The notes: generated from the letters alone by a model not told the origin. A stretch of 61,646 nucleotides of DNA from Candidatus Zambryskibacteria bacterium RIFCSPLOWO2_01_FULL_39_39 (GCA_001823925.1 MHWB01000010.1:1-61646), one strand, 5' to 3'; positions 28,315-38,883 are shown, counted from the stretch's first letter. Program-made: numbers and translations.

Positions 28315-28820
28315 GGCTCTAGGATACCTTCAGTTTGACCATTGACGGAGATAACTACACTATCTATGTCAGGTAGAGAGTTAAGTGTGTTTTCTATTTG
28401 AGAACGAATGGCAAGTACCCTGCAAGATCCTGCCACCCCTTCATTTAAACTAGAATTAAAATCAACAAAAGCTACCTTGTCTTTGATTTCAAATTTTTGA
28501 ATTAAAACATTTTCTGGTATAGCACTACTCAAACCCCTATTCATTTCTAGCTCATTTAATATGGGACCTTCGAGAAGTGCCCCAAGAGCTCCCGGCCCAA
28601 GAGTCTCTGCATTCAATATCGTACGAGGAAATGGCACAACATACGTACAGTCTGATTCTTCTTTAGGTCCATTATACGCAAAATACACATTTACTGTTTT
28701 CTCCCATTCAAAAGCAGTGGCTTGATTTGAAGAAAAGGAACCACCAAACACTTTCACCAGAGCAAAGAAAATCGCTACACAGACTAGAAAGTATAGAGTA
28801 TATTTTAAATTCCTTTCCAT
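28311..28820 (-). CDS. GerMN domain-containing secreted protein
   Basis: N-terminal TM/signal segment and a GerMN-like pattern (LEGP...V.DFN...). Confidence 0.6.
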   Translation of the reverse strand: MERNLKYTLYFLVCVAIFFALVKVFGGSFSSNQATAFEWEKTVNVYFAYNGPKEESDCTYVVPFPRTILNAETLGPGALGALLEGPILNELEMNRGLSSAIPENVLIQKFEIKDKVAFVDFNSSLNEGVAGSCRVLAIRSQIENTLNSLPDIDSVVISVNGQTEGILEP

Positions 28821-28876
28821 ATCTTTTATTTTACAACATTTTAGAAGTTTAATAAAAGCAAAAGTGTTGATTGCGT

Positions 28877-29506
28877 CTAATTGGCCAGGGCCTCGTTTAT
28901 AAGGATTTTAAACGCTTGAACTGAGGCGGGGTTTTGGATTTGTTTGCCATTTATAAAAAAACTTGGAGTACCCTGGAGTCCTGATTTAATCGCGTGCATT
29001 CTCTGGGTTTTAACAAAATCTTTGACTTCTTTGGACACCCAATCAGTTTTAAATTGTTCGATAGAAATATTTAAAAGAGTCGCGTAGGATTCAAACTTTG
29101 ACTCTACATCAGGGGCTTTAGCCCACTCATCTTGCTTTTCAAACAAAAGATCATGCATTTCCCAAAACTTGCCCTGTTTCCCCGCTGCTTCTGCCGCCCG
29201 AGCTGCAAACTCCGCATTTGGGTGTATCCCGATCAGTGGAAAGTGGCGATAAACAAAAGTCACCCTGTCACCAAACTCCACCATGAGCTCTTTCATAATT
29301 GGATAGTAAGATCTGCAGGCTGGACACTGAAAATCGCTATACTCCATCACCACTACGGTTGAACTAGCATTGCCTTTTATATTATCTAGCGGATGAACCA
29401 CCCCCAATTCAAAAGATGGACCCGTGCTTGATGTACCCTTTACACCCCAAAACATTAGGGCCACTAGTACTATTACAACTGTCCCTATCCAAATAAAAGT
29501 CTTCAT
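28877..29506 (-). CDS. DsbA-family thiol:disulfide oxidoreductase
   Basis: Signal anchor; CPAC active site. Confidence 0.85.
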   Translation of the reverse strand: MKTFIWIGTVVIVLVALMFWGVKGTSSTGPSFELGVVHPLDNIKGNASSTVVVMEYSDFQCPACRSYYPIMKELMVEFGDRVTFVYRHFPLIGIHPNAEFAARAAEAAGKQGKFWEMHDLLFEKQDEWAKAPDVESKFESYATLLNISIEQFKTDWVSKEVKDFVKTQRMHAIKSGLQGTPSFFINGKQIQNPASVQAFKILINEALAN

Positions 29507-29588
29507 ATGATCTATATTATCATAAAATTTTTAAATACAAAACATTAAATGTGCTATAATACGTGTATTAAAATTAACATCAAACCAG

Positions 29589-29957
29589 ATGACTTACGTC
29601 AAAAATTTAGAAAAAGATACAGTAGAGAACGATAATTTTAGGAAGGTTTTAAACACTACTGAAAAGAGCCAGCTAGTAGTGATGTCTCTTCTCCCCGGAG
29701 AAGATATCGGTGAAGAGGTGCACGATGTTGACCAATTCATCCGCCTTGAAGAAGGAGAAGGTAAGGCTGTTTTAAATGGAGAAGAATTTGATATTGAGGA
29801 CGACTGGGCGATTGTAGTCCCTGCTGGCGCTCGCCACAACATCATCAACACCGGCGAAAAGGAAATGAAGCTTTACACCATCTACACTCCTCCAGAACAT
29901 AAAGACGGCACTGTGCACCCCACCAAAGCCGACGCTATAGCAGATGAGGGACATTAA
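29589..29957 (+). CDS. cupin domain protein
   Basis: Cupin motifs G.E..H....Q and VVPAGARHN. Confidence 0.75.
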   Translation: MTYVKNLEKDTVENDNFRKVLNTTEKSQLVVMSLLPGEDIGEEVHDVDQFIRLEEGEGKAVLNGEEFDIEDDWAIVVPAGARHNIINTGEKEMKLYTIYTPPEHKDGTVHPTKADAIADEGH

Positions 29958-30646
29958 AAACAAACTTCTGATATCTCTGACTCAATCTTAAGGAAAGCTT
30001 TAACTGGATCTTTATCCTCTGTAACCTCTCGACCAACTACAATGTAAGTGGCACCTTTTTTGATTGCTGATACGGGAGTATCAACACGACTTTGGTCCCC
30101 CAACGCCTTGCCCAAAGACCTGACCCCTGGAACCATAAACTTCAGACCTCTGAGTTCTGGTATTTTAGACAAAATTCCAACCTCTTTTGAAGAACAAACA
30201 ACACCCGCACATCCAGCAAGCTTTGCTTGTTTTGCCAAATACAACACAACGTCTTTAGGAGACTTACCATAGATCAAATGAGTTTGCTCTATATTTAATG
30301 AAGTGAGCACCGTGACAGCAAATACTTCAAATGGAAATGCTCGGACTGCCACCCTCATCATCTCTATACCTCCAGATGCGTGTACGGTGATAATTTCAGC
30401 GCCAGAATCCGCTATTGCTTTGGCGCGGAGCCTTACGGTGTTTGGAATATCATGAAGTTTTGCATCTACAAACACACGACTTGCACCGGCATTTTTTAAC
30501 TTCCAAACAATTTCTGGACCATTTTGATCATAAATATTGTGAATCTTTACCGCACAGAGTCTCTTACCTATTTTTGAAACTAATTCCAAACATCTCTCTA
30601 AAGACAATTCATCTACCGCTAGTATGATCCTATTATTTGTCTGCAT
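29954..30646 (-). CDS. pyrF: orotidine 5'-phosphate decarboxylase
   Basis: DAKLHDIPNT motif; 230 aa. Confidence 0.9.
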   Translation of the reverse strand: MQTNNRIILAVDELSLERCLELVSKIGKRLCAVKIHNIYDQNGPEIVWKLKNAGASRVFVDAKLHDIPNTVRLRAKAIADSGAEIITVHASGGIEMMRVAVRAFPFEVFAVTVLTSLNIEQTHLIYGKSPKDVVLYLAKQAKLAGCAGVVCSSKEVGILSKIPELRGLKFMVPGVRSLGKALGDQSRVDTPVSAIKKGATYIVVGREVTEDKDPVKAFLKIESEISEVCF

Positions 30647-30659
30647 TTACATTTTAATT

Positions 30660-31148
30660 TTATGCGGCTTTTTTGTGGATATCTGTTCCTTGTCGTTTTA
30701 AGTCTTCTCTATTTTTAGGCAAAACTACTAAATTATCCTTAGTTTCAACATTTTCACCATCTCTATAGATTTTGTTCACTTTCAATTTATGTTGCTCAAA
30801 AAAGTTTTGGACTTTCTCATCCTGATTTTCAAAACTTTTTGCAAACGGCAATTTTATACCAAGCGGGTTCTCCTCGTCGTATCCAAAATTACTTTCAAGA
30901 TAAGCAAACGTATCATCATGTTGCCTATATTCTTCGACTAAATCCAGAGCTTTATTTCTATCTTCATTGTTTTCAAACATATAGTAAGAAGTATTTGGTT
31001 TGTGTATTCCCTCTTCCAAACTGCTTGCGATCTCTTTCTGCAACTTTTCTTGCTCATACCTAGAATCCTCGGGATTAAAACCTCCCTCTTTCCCCAAACC
31101 TTTTTCATTACCATAATCTTCTATCATAATTTTATTTAAATTTAACAT
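30660..31148 (-). CDS. hypothetical protein (162 aa)
   Basis: ORF track only. Confidence 0.5.
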   Translation of the reverse strand: MLNLNKIMIEDYGNEKGLGKEGGFNPEDSRYEQEKLQKEIASSLEEGIHKPNTSYYMFENNEDRNKALDLVEEYRQHDDTFAYLESNFGYDEENPLGIKLPFAKSFENQDEKVQNFFEQHKLKVNKIYRDGENVETKDNLVVLPKNREDLKRQGTDIHKKAA

Positions 31149-31245
31149 ATTTGTAGTAAAATAAAAGGCGCCGTACCCGTAGGCCAGAAGAGCTTTATTT
31201 TAATCCTTGGATGTGTTATTCTGGCCACAGAAAAGAGGTGACTCC

Positions 31246-31536
31246 ATGACAACAGAGAAAATTCTCGAGATAGTAGTGATGTATCGCGAGCAGTTTGAAA
31301 AAAAAGGTATTCCCAAAATCAGAATGGATCCAAGAAAAACACTGGGCTCTCTTTCTTCGAAAGAGCGACTTGCACACGCACATTACTTGCTTGATGGGAT
31401 TATGGAGTATGCACAAAATCCGGAGAAGAAAGGAAAAACCGGAAGACATCTCGCTTCCGTTCAAATGATCCTCTCTTTTGAGAATTGGTTCACTCTGGAG
31501 GAGCTGACAAACCACAACCCTCCCAACATTGGTTAG
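31246..31536 (+). CDS. hypothetical protein (96 aa)
   Basis: ATG at 31246 is preceded by AAGAGGTGA. Confidence 0.5.
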   Translation: MTTEKILEIVVMYREQFEKKGIPKIRMDPRKTLGSLSSKERLAHAHYLLDGIMEYAQNPEKKGKTGRHLASVQMILSFENWFTLEELTNHNPPNIG

Positions 31537-31633
31537 GACGGTTTTATATACTAAAATCTAGATTGGCTGACCACCTGCCCTGCCAAGCCGAAGCCTTCGG
31601 TGAAAGCTGGGGACAGTATTGAGACAAAATTAG

Positions 31634-31909
31634 TTAAATTAGAGACAGAATTTGGTCTTTACTTGTTTTGCTAATCAAATCAAGCTTCTTCTCTCTTCCC
31701 CACCCTTTAATCTCGGCTTCTCTTTTAAGAGCAGACGATCTATTAGGATGTGTTTCTGAATACAATAACTTCACTGGTCTTCTTATTTTTGTATAGTGAG
31801 CTCCAGATTTTGAATTATTATGTTGCAGAAGTCTTCGCTCAAGATTATTTGTACAACCGACATAAAAAGTTTTGTCAGCACATTCTAAAATATAGACGAG
31901 ATAGATCAT
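31634..31909 (-). CDS. GIY-YIG nuclease superfamily protein (UPF0213-like)
   Basis: YLVYILEC...FYVGCTNNLERRL..H motif. An internal start is preferred because the track ORF overlaps msrB. Confidence 0.75.
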   Translation of the reverse strand: MIYLVYILECADKTFYVGCTNNLERRLLQHNNSKSGAHYTKIRRPVKLLYSETHPNRSSALKREAEIKGWGREKKLDLISKTSKDQILSLI

Positions 31910-31985
31910 TAAAATTTTATAGTCACTTCGTGTGTTAAAAATCTGTCCCTCGGTAAAGCCTCGGGAAGCTACCATTCTACTATTT

Positions 31986-32498
31986 TTACTTTTCATCCGG
32001 AACAAAATAGAGTGCTACTGAATTCATGCAAAATCTTTTCCCTGTAGGTTGTGGTCCATCATCAAAAACATGACCAAGATGAGAACCACAGGTATCAAGA
32101 ACTTCGATCCGATCGTCCAAAAATCCACTTTCTCTTCGAAGCACAAGTGCATCTTCAGATATTGGAGCGAAGAAACTTGGCCAGCCAGTACCTGAGTCAT
32201 ATTTCTGCTCTGACCTAAAAAGTGGTTTGTCACAACCAACGCTGTAGTACGTTCCTTTTCGTGTTTCGTGATTTAATGCGCCAGTAAACGGAGTCTCCGT
32301 TCCCGCTTCTCTCAAGATATAATACTGCTCGGGAGTCAGAATTTCTTTCCAATGATCTTTAACTGCACCGCTTTCACGCATGTTCTGTGTAGGAACAGAT
32401 GGATTTTGTTTGAAATATACAATACCACCTATAACAAGCAAAAGTAACAACAAGATGAGTGAAATCGCTTTTTGAGATAGGTGCTTAAAATTATGCAT
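31986..32498 (-). CDS. msrB: membrane-anchored methionine-(R)-sulfoxide reductase MsrB
   Basis: N-terminal TM segment; GTGWPSF and RFCMNS motifs. Confidence 0.9.
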   Translation of the reverse strand: MHNFKHLSQKAISLILLLLLLVIGGIVYFKQNPSVPTQNMRESGAVKDHWKEILTPEQYYILREAGTETPFTGALNHETRKGTYYSVGCDKPLFRSEQKYDSGTGWPSFFAPISEDALVLRRESGFLDDRIEVLDTCGSHLGHVFDDGPQPTGKRFCMNSVALYFVPDEK

Positions 32499-32502
32499 AC
32501 TA

Positions 32503-32991
32503 CTATTTTAGATAGCTATCAAACCAAATGGCATGACAGGTATAACCTCCAGGATTTTTCTGTAGGTAATCCTGATGATAGCTTTCTGCTTTATAAAACC
32601 TACCTAAAGGTTCAAGCGTAGTGACAACGGGGTCTTTCCAACGTTTTGATTTGTTTACAATCTCAATAAAATCTTCACTTTCCTTTTTTTCCTCTTCATT
32701 TTTATAAAAAATAGCGGACCGATAGGATGTTCCTCTGTCGTTCCCTTGTTGGTTGAGAGTTGTTGGGTTGTGAATCTGAAAGAAGAAATCAAGAAGATTT
32801 TTGTATGATGTTTTTGTTGGATCATACTCAATCTCTACGGCTTCAGCGTGGTTTGAATGATTTTCATAGGTTGGGTCTTCATTTTTACCGCCAGTGTAGC
32901 CAACTTCTGTGGCTACCACCCCAGGTTGAGTCCTGATCAAATCCTCAAGACCCCAGAAACATCCTCCCGCTAATACGATTTTCTTATTCAT
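32503..32991 (-). CDS. msrA: methionine-(S)-sulfoxide reductase MsrA
   Basis: GGCFWG active-site motif. Confidence 0.92.
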   Translation of the reverse strand: MNKKIVLAGGCFWGLEDLIRTQPGVVATEVGYTGGKNEDPTYENHSNHAEAVEIEYDPTKTSYKNLLDFFFQIHNPTTLNQQGNDRGTSYRSAIFYKNEEEKKESEDFIEIVNKSKRWKDPVVTTLEPLGRFYKAESYHQDYLQKNPGGYTCHAIWFDSYLK

Positions 32992-32993
32992 AA

Positions 32994-33389
32994 TTATTTG
33001 GCGTTAAGGTCTTCAAAGCAGACCGAATTCATACAGTATCTTTTCCCAGTCTTTGTCGGACCATCATCAAATACGTGGCCAAGATGTGAATTGCAGACCG
33101 AGCATACTGCCTCCACTCTTTTCATTCCGTGAGAAGTATCCTCAATATTTTTTACCGCTCCAGGAAGTGCCTCATCAAAGCTTGGCCAGCCCGTACCAGA
33201 ATCAAATTTTGCTTCTGCTTTAAAAAGTGGGTTGCTACAAGCGGCACATTTATAGAATCCGTCTTTGTCAGGACGAATAAGCTTTCCGGAAAAAGCAGGT
33301 TCTGTACCTTTTTGTCGCAGAACCTCATATTGTTCTCTCGTTAATTTCCTCTTAAACTCTTCTTCATTTTTAGGTATGTTGTCATTCAT
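32994..33389 (-). CDS. msrB: methionine-(R)-sulfoxide reductase MsrB (second copy)
   Basis: CxxC zinc site, GTGWPSF, RYCMNS. Confidence 0.9.
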   Translation of the reverse strand: MNDNIPKNEEEFKRKLTREQYEVLRQKGTEPAFSGKLIRPDKDGFYKCAACSNPLFKAEAKFDSGTGWPSFDEALPGAVKNIEDTSHGMKRVEAVCSVCNSHLGHVFDDGPTKTGKRYCMNSVCFEDLNAK

Positions 33390-33402
33390 ATATTTTATTT
33401 AT

Positions 33403-35142
33403 TTAACCAAACGTAAAAGTAAAAGCTTGTAATCCGGCTTTTGGTATAACAATGCGCAAAACATGTTTTCCATAATCAGTATCTTGAATGAGCATATAGA
33501 GTGTTTCGTTCTTAATGATTACTTTCTTTACAAACACATCGTCTTTATAAATTTCAACTAGAACTCCTTCCGCTCCCCCTGCGGTTATGTAGACATTTTT
33601 TGCTTCGTAGCTAAAGACAATACTTCCCACACTCTTACTTTCAGCGTATTCAGAAGTCATATTCCATGTACCACCAAGGTAAAGTTTGTTGGAAGATATT
33701 GATGAAGGAACTAAAAGAGTCTGCTCGCCTGTACGACCTGCGATACCGTTTGCAAGGTATTCATTTCTCGCCGATCCAAAATATACTTCCGGACTTTTCA
33801 CCTTTCCAGATTCCACAGACACGACATTTTCTGGCTTTGATATATTTGAAAATATTTCTACATTCATATCTAGTCTATCAGCCCGTTCCACTAGAGCTTT
33901 TTGTATTGCAACTTCTGTTTCTTTATATTGACCCTCTCCGGCATGGTCATAGACAATATACCCATCTATATCTATCAGATATTTCCTAGGCCAGTATTGA
34001 TTTTTATACGCATTCCATGTAGAAAAATCGTTATCAAGTACCACAGGATATTTTATACCGAAATCTTTTACAGCTTTTTCCACATTCTCTTCCACTTTTT
34101 CAAAAGAAAATTCTGGGGTGTGAAGACCTATAATAACAAGCCCTTCATCTTCGTATTCTTTGTACCACTGGTTTAGATATGGAATAGTACGCCTACAATT
34201 TATACAGCTATATGTCCAAATATCTAATAACACAACTTTTTTACCCCTGAATTGAGAGATGGTGATCGGCCCTGCTTGCCCCGAGTTTAGTCGAGGGGTA
34301 TTTATAAAACCATCGGGAGTACTTATGTCAGGAGCAAGAGTAAATTTTTTATTTTTTTCTTCAATGTCTAAGAATAATTCTTCGCCATTATCATTTATAC
34401 TTACATCTTTTTTATCATTTTTTTCTAACAACTTTTGTTCAATTTTGGTTACATCTAAAAATCCCGCATCAAGCAGACTAATTTGAAGTTTTTTGTCATA
34501 TCCAGAAATAATAGCTATTGCTACGAAAATGAAAATGACTCCAAATATCTTTTTAAACCACCCCCTAGGATCTGAAACTTTTCCGATTTTTGCCATAATA
34601 TGTTCACCTAAAAGAGCGACAACTATAAGAGCGAGTGATAAACCTAAAACATAAGTGAAAAGATAGATAATCCCCAAGAAAAGTGAGACGGGTAATACTG
34701 TTGCTAAGATAACAAAATATGTCGGACTGCAAGCAGAAAAAATAGGTCCGAGTGATGCGCCGATGATCACATCTCCCCAGACACTATTCTTTTGATATCC
34801 TTTTGTTAATACTTTATTTGATTTAATACTTAAAGTATTTGCAAAGGAAAATTTTTCCCATAGATCAGGGAAAACCATAGTCAAACCAAACAAGAAAATA
34901 ATTCCACCAGAAATCCACTTCCAGAAATCTTGAGGAATATCAATCAACAAGGAGCTTGCTTTAAGAAGTAATGTGAATAGTATGACCGAAATTCCAAGCG
35001 ATGTCACAACCACAAAAAGTCTTCTCCTGTTTGGAGTAGTGTCCGTGATAGAGTGACCTATTATCACAGGAAGGAGGGGCAAAATACACGGTGCCAGTAC
35101 CGTGAGTATTCCCGCGATAAATGAGACTAGAAGAAGCAGCAT
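33403..35142 (-). CDS. CcdA/DsbD-type thiol-disulfide transporter fused to a thioredoxin-like (TlpA/redoxin) domain
   Basis: N-terminal LAPCILPLLP motif and multiple TM helices. Periplasmic SCINC CxxC redoxin domain plus an extra C-terminal domain. Confidence 0.8.
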   Translation of the reverse strand: MLLLLVSFIAGILTVLAPCILPLLPVIIGHSITDTTPNRRRLFVVVTSLGISVILFTLLLKASSLLIDIPQDFWKWISGGIIFLFGLTMVFPDLWEKFSFANTLSIKSNKVLTKGYQKNSVWGDVIIGASLGPIFSACSPTYFVILATVLPVSLFLGIIYLFTYVLGLSLALIVVALLGEHIMAKIGKVSDPRGWFKKIFGVIFIFVAIAIISGYDKKLQISLLDAGFLDVTKIEQKLLEKNDKKDVSINDNGEELFLDIEEKNKKFTLAPDISTPDGFINTPRLNSGQAGPITISQFRGKKVVLLDIWTYSCINCRRTIPYLNQWYKEYEDEGLVIIGLHTPEFSFEKVEENVEKAVKDFGIKYPVVLDNDFSTWNAYKNQYWPRKYLIDIDGYIVYDHAGEGQYKETEVAIQKALVERADRLDMNVEIFSNISKPENVVSVESGKVKSPEVYFGSARNEYLANGIAGRTGEQTLLVPSSISSNKLYLGGTWNMTSEYAESKSVGSIVFSYEAKNVYITAGGAEGVLVEIYKDDVFVKKVIIKNETLYMLIQDTDYGKHVLRIVIPKAGLQAFTFTFG

Positions 35143-35143
35143 A

Positions 35144-35695
35144 TTATTTTACTTCTGCCACAAGCGCAGAGAGAGTTCCACTACCACTCCACTTTTTGAT
35201 TAGGTTTCCGTCTTTATCAACTTGTACAAATGTATGCTGGTAAGTAACTCCATACTTTTGTTTGAGCGCGGTCGAGTTATCGTAATTTACATCAAGGATT
35301 GCTAGACTTCCCGGAATTTTTGAGAGATTAGCTTTAATGTCCGCATCTACGGCTCTACAAGTCGGACACCAGCTTGCTCGGAAAAATAAAACTACGTCGT
35401 GAGTGGCGGAAGCGAAAGTCACTTTTTCTGGGGCATAAGATTCGTATGAACCAGCCTTCGTCATTACACCTTCTTCTTTAACGTTATCATCCCCGTCTTT
35501 TTTCATCATTGCTTCTTTATCTTGCAACGCTTCCTTTTCCGCCATTGCCTTATCTTGTGTAGCTAACTTTGCATCACTTTCAACATCCTTTTGCATCATC
35601 ACAGCATCATTTTTTCTATTCATTGATGCATAAATTCCTCCTGCCACGACAACAATTGCAATAACCCCAATAATAATTCCTGTGCTTTTATTCAT
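35144..35695 (-). CDS. membrane-anchored thioredoxin-like protein
   Basis: WCPTC motif. The ATG at 35695 (MNKSTGIIIG) is preferred. Confidence 0.8.
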   Translation of the reverse strand: MNKSTGIIIGVIAIVVVAGGIYASMNRKNDAVMMQKDVESDAKLATQDKAMAEKEALQDKEAMMKKDGDDNVKEEGVMTKAGSYESYAPEKVTFASATHDVVLFFRASWCPTCRAVDADIKANLSKIPGSLAILDVNYDNSTALKQKYGVTYQHTFVQVDKDGNLIKKWSGSGTLSALVAEVK

Positions 35696-35791
35696 AAAAA
35701 ATTTTTTAATTACTAACTTAATAAGCAAAGTATATAAAATAACAAAACGAATGTAAAGCATGCTTTACATTAGTTTTGTGGATAAATCTAT

Positions 35792-36157
35792 TTAGAGGTT
35801 TTTGTCGCTCCAAATACGAGTAGCAATTTTAACGATTATCATTACTATTAAAGCAATCACTAACCCTGGGTCTACTCTGTGTGAGTATCCCTGTATCACA
35901 ATGCCGATCATAAGAATCGCCGATCCAGCAAGAAACGCATTTCGCCCAGCAAGTGAACGGTTTACATCATCGCGTTCATCAAATACTTTTTCTTTTAGAA
36001 TAAAGCTCGCAAATATACCAAAGAGAACTAAGAGAATAGCCAACATCCCCATCACCATCATGTCTGGCATCCAAAAATGAAAAGGATTAAGAAGCAAAAC
36101 CGCCAGCACAACCAGCGTGAGGGAAACTATTATTTCTTTTGTTATTTTATTTTTCAT
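35792..36157 (-). CDS. DUF2178-like membrane protein
   Basis: Four TM helices; the usual partner of the upstream small HTH regulator. Confidence 0.55.
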   Translation of the reverse strand: MKNKITKEIIVSLTLVVLAVLLLNPFHFWMPDMMVMGMLAILLVLFGIFASFILKEKVFDERDDVNRSLAGRNAFLAGSAILMIGIVIQGYSHRVDPGLVIALIVMIIVKIATRIWSDKNL

Positions 36158-36166
36158 GGTTCAATT

Positions 36167-36406
36167 TTATTCACCATGACCCTGAGTTTTTATCGAAGGG
36201 TCATAAGAAATTTTAAAAATATGTTCGACTGGTAATTTGAAGAAATCTGCGATTTTAAGAGCAAGTAGTACAGACGGTGTGTAATTTCCTTTTTCAATCG
36301 CAATGATTGTCTGTCGGCTCACTTTTAGTTTTTCCGCAAGCTCTTCCTGCGTAATACTTTTTTGAGTCCGTAATTTATTCACTTTATTTAAAATATATTC
36401 TTGCAT
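36167..36406 (-). CDS. XRE-family HTH transcriptional regulator
   Basis: ITQEELAEKLKVSRQTIIAIEKG helix-turn-helix. Confidence 0.85.
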   Translation of the reverse strand: MQEYILNKVNKLRTQKSITQEELAEKLKVSRQTIIAIEKGNYTPSVLLALKIADFFKLPVEHIFKISYDPSIKTQGHGE

Positions 36407-36647
36407 GATTTGTAATACAAGTTTACATAATAAAACCAAAATGTCAATCTGACTTTACATTAATAACTTCTAATAAAATCATCTCTCCAGAAAATCTTCG
36501 GATCGAACCTCTATCTCCACGACAAAAAAGTCCAAGAAAACCCTTCTCTTCCATACGCGGCACTTCGCGCCGCGCTCCTCCGCCTTCGCAATTCTGCTTC
36601 GGACGGACAAGAAAATTTCTCACCTTTTCAAACAAGTTTTATTCGGG

Positions 36648-36718
36648 CTGCCAGACTTGGATTCGAACCAAGATACCGAGATTCAGAGTCTCGGGTCCTA
36701 CCATTAGACGATCTGGCA
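36648..36718 (-). tRNA. tRNA-Gln (anticodon CUG)
   Basis: TGCCAGA acceptor, anticodon arm CGAGA-CTCTGAA-TCTCG, T-loop GGTTCGAATCC. Confidence 0.88.
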
Positions 36719-36788
36719 ATAGTTAAAAAGTAACAGAAAAATGGTACTAAGTAAAATAAAACAAAAAGCCCGCAGAGAAGTGCGGGAC

Positions 36789-37067
36789 TTAGGATTGGCG
36801 AGTTTTGGAAGATTTTTTTGGTTTCTTTCTTGGCCCCTTTTTTGATTTGCTTTTGCTATTTCTCGTCGTCTTGATCATATGCGGATCATACCCAAGTTGA
36901 TCCACCCCTTGCCCCTCAAGATCTCGCAGAGCATCTTCATATACCTCTTGTATGATTTCATCTTCAAGAGGTATATTCCTTCCAATTTCCTCCGCAAAAA
37001 CTTTTGCTTCGCGTTGGGCCACGCTAAAAGCTCTTTCGCCTACATCCCTTGTGGTGTGCCGTGGCAT
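36789..37067 (-). CDS. hypothetical protein with Lys/Ser-rich basic tail (92 aa)
   Basis: Strong SD AAGGGGGG; terminator GTCCCGCAC...GCGGGCTTTTT downstream. Confidence 0.55.
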   Translation of the reverse strand: MPRHTTRDVGERAFSVAQREAKVFAEEIGRNIPLEDEIIQEVYEDALRDLEGQGVDQLGYDPHMIKTTRNSKSKSKKGPRKKPKKSSKTRQS

Positions 37068-37133
37068 TTGATCCCCCCTTATCCATCTATATTATACACT
37101 TAAAAATGCTAGCTTGTCAAACAAAAGCCTTAT

Positions 37134-38789
37134 CTATTTTTTTCCTTTCACCCTAATACAAGATTCCACAAAAGCGGAAAAAAGAGGGTGAGGGTGGAGA
37201 GGGCGGGCTTTGAATTCTGGGTGAAATTGAGTCCCAAGGAAAAATGGATGTATTTCTCTAGGAAGTTCGGCAATTTCCATAAGTTTGCCATCGGGCGAAA
37301 CACCAGAAAAAACCATTCCAGCATTTTCAATTTCTTCAATATGTTCTGGGTTAACTTCATAACGATGGCGATGCCTTTCTAAAATTTCTTTTTGTTTGTA
37401 CGCTTCAAAAGCTATGCTACCTATCTTTAAGATGGCGGGGTACGCCCCGAGACGCATAGTGGCGCCATATCTATCTTCTTCCAAAAGCTTCTTTTGCTCT
37501 GGCATAATATCAATCACTACACGGCTTGACTCTGGGTTGATCTCGGCTGTATTGGCATCACTCCAACCTAAAACATTCCTAGCATATTCAATCACAGCAA
37601 GTTGCATTCCATAACAAAGTCCTAGATATGGAATTTTATTTTTGCGAGTATATTCTATGGACATGATGACTCCTTCCACACCACTCTCGCCAAATCCACC
37701 AGGCACAATCACCCCGTCGTAATTTTTCAATTCTGAAACTTTCCTTGTACCCACCTCGTACTCTTTAGAATTTATCCACGTCAGTTTACTGCGGACACCG
37801 TTCCAATACGATGAAAATTTGACCGCCTCAATGACAGAAACGTAAGCATCAGAGAGTACAAAATCTCCAGTATCAAAATACTTACCAACTACTGCTATTT
37901 GAATCTCTTTTTGGGCTTTGGCTCTCTTGTGCACAAACTCTTTCCAATCTTTTAGAGAGTTGCCGTTTGTTTTGGAACGCAGGTGAAAAATTTTTAAAAT
38001 AATACTACTGATTTTGTCTTTTTCAAAATTAAGCGGCACATCATAAATACTCTCTATATCTGGAGCTGAAATCACATTTTCTGGCGCGATAGCGCAGGCC
38101 ATGGCTATCTTTTCTTTACGTTTATAGTCGAGAGCCTCTACTCCGCGAGCTATAATCAAATCCGGCTGAACACCATATGAATTGAGTTGCCTAACTGCAT
38201 TTTGAGTCGGACGAGTTTTCATTTCTCCCAAAGAGCCCGGCACTGGCAAATAAGAGACCATTATAAAAATCACATCTTGCGGATATTTTATTTTAAGAGT
38301 TCTAGCCGCTTCAATAAAAAGTATGTTTTGGTAATCACCGATAGTCCCCCCTATTTCAATGAGTGATATATCTGACTCATGAAAGTCAGCCGCCTTTTTA
38401 ATACGTCTTAATATCTCATCTGTAATATGAGGAATAGCTTCTACACACTTACCCTTAAATCCCAAATTACGTTCTTTTTCTAAAACATGTTTGTAGACCA
38501 TACCAGAGGTCATATAATCAGCAGAACTCAAATCCATTTCCAAAAAACGTTCATAGTTACCCAAATCCTGATCTGTCTCAAGCCCAGAATCAAGCACAAA
38601 CACCTCACCGTGTTCGGTAGGATTCATATTGCCAGCATCTACATTTAAATAAGGGTCAACCTTTATTGGGTTGACCTTGAAACCTTTAGACTGCAAAATC
38701 TTGCCGATAGATGAGCAAGCGATACCTTTTCCCACTCCAGACATCACTCCCCCCACCACAAAAATGTATTTATGATTTTTCTTTTTCAT
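37134..38789 (-). CDS. pyrG: CTP synthase
   Basis: YIFVVGGVMSGVGKG N-terminus; GLCYGMQ glutamine amidotransferase motif. Confidence 0.97.
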   Translation of the reverse strand: MKKKNHKYIFVVGGVMSGVGKGIACSSIGKILQSKGFKVNPIKVDPYLNVDAGNMNPTEHGEVFVLDSGLETDQDLGNYERFLEMDLSSADYMTSGMVYKHVLEKERNLGFKGKCVEAIPHITDEILRRIKKAADFHESDISLIEIGGTIGDYQNILFIEAARTLKIKYPQDVIFIMVSYLPVPGSLGEMKTRPTQNAVRQLNSYGVQPDLIIARGVEALDYKRKEKIAMACAIAPENVISAPDIESIYDVPLNFEKDKISSIILKIFHLRSKTNGNSLKDWKEFVHKRAKAQKEIQIAVVGKYFDTGDFVLSDAYVSVIEAVKFSSYWNGVRSKLTWINSKEYEVGTRKVSELKNYDGVIVPGGFGESGVEGVIMSIEYTRKNKIPYLGLCYGMQLAVIEYARNVLGWSDANTAEINPESSRVVIDIMPEQKKLLEEDRYGATMRLGAYPAILKIGSIAFEAYKQKEILERHRHRYEVNPEHIEEIENAGMVFSGVSPDGKLMEIAELPREIHPFFLGTQFHPEFKARPLHPHPLFSAFVESCIRVKGKK

Positions 38790-38883
38790 CAGATTTATGA
38801 ATACTCTCTACAGTATTAATAACATATCACAACCTGCCAAAAAAACTAAACTATCCTATCCCCAGACTACCTTGATTTTGTTT

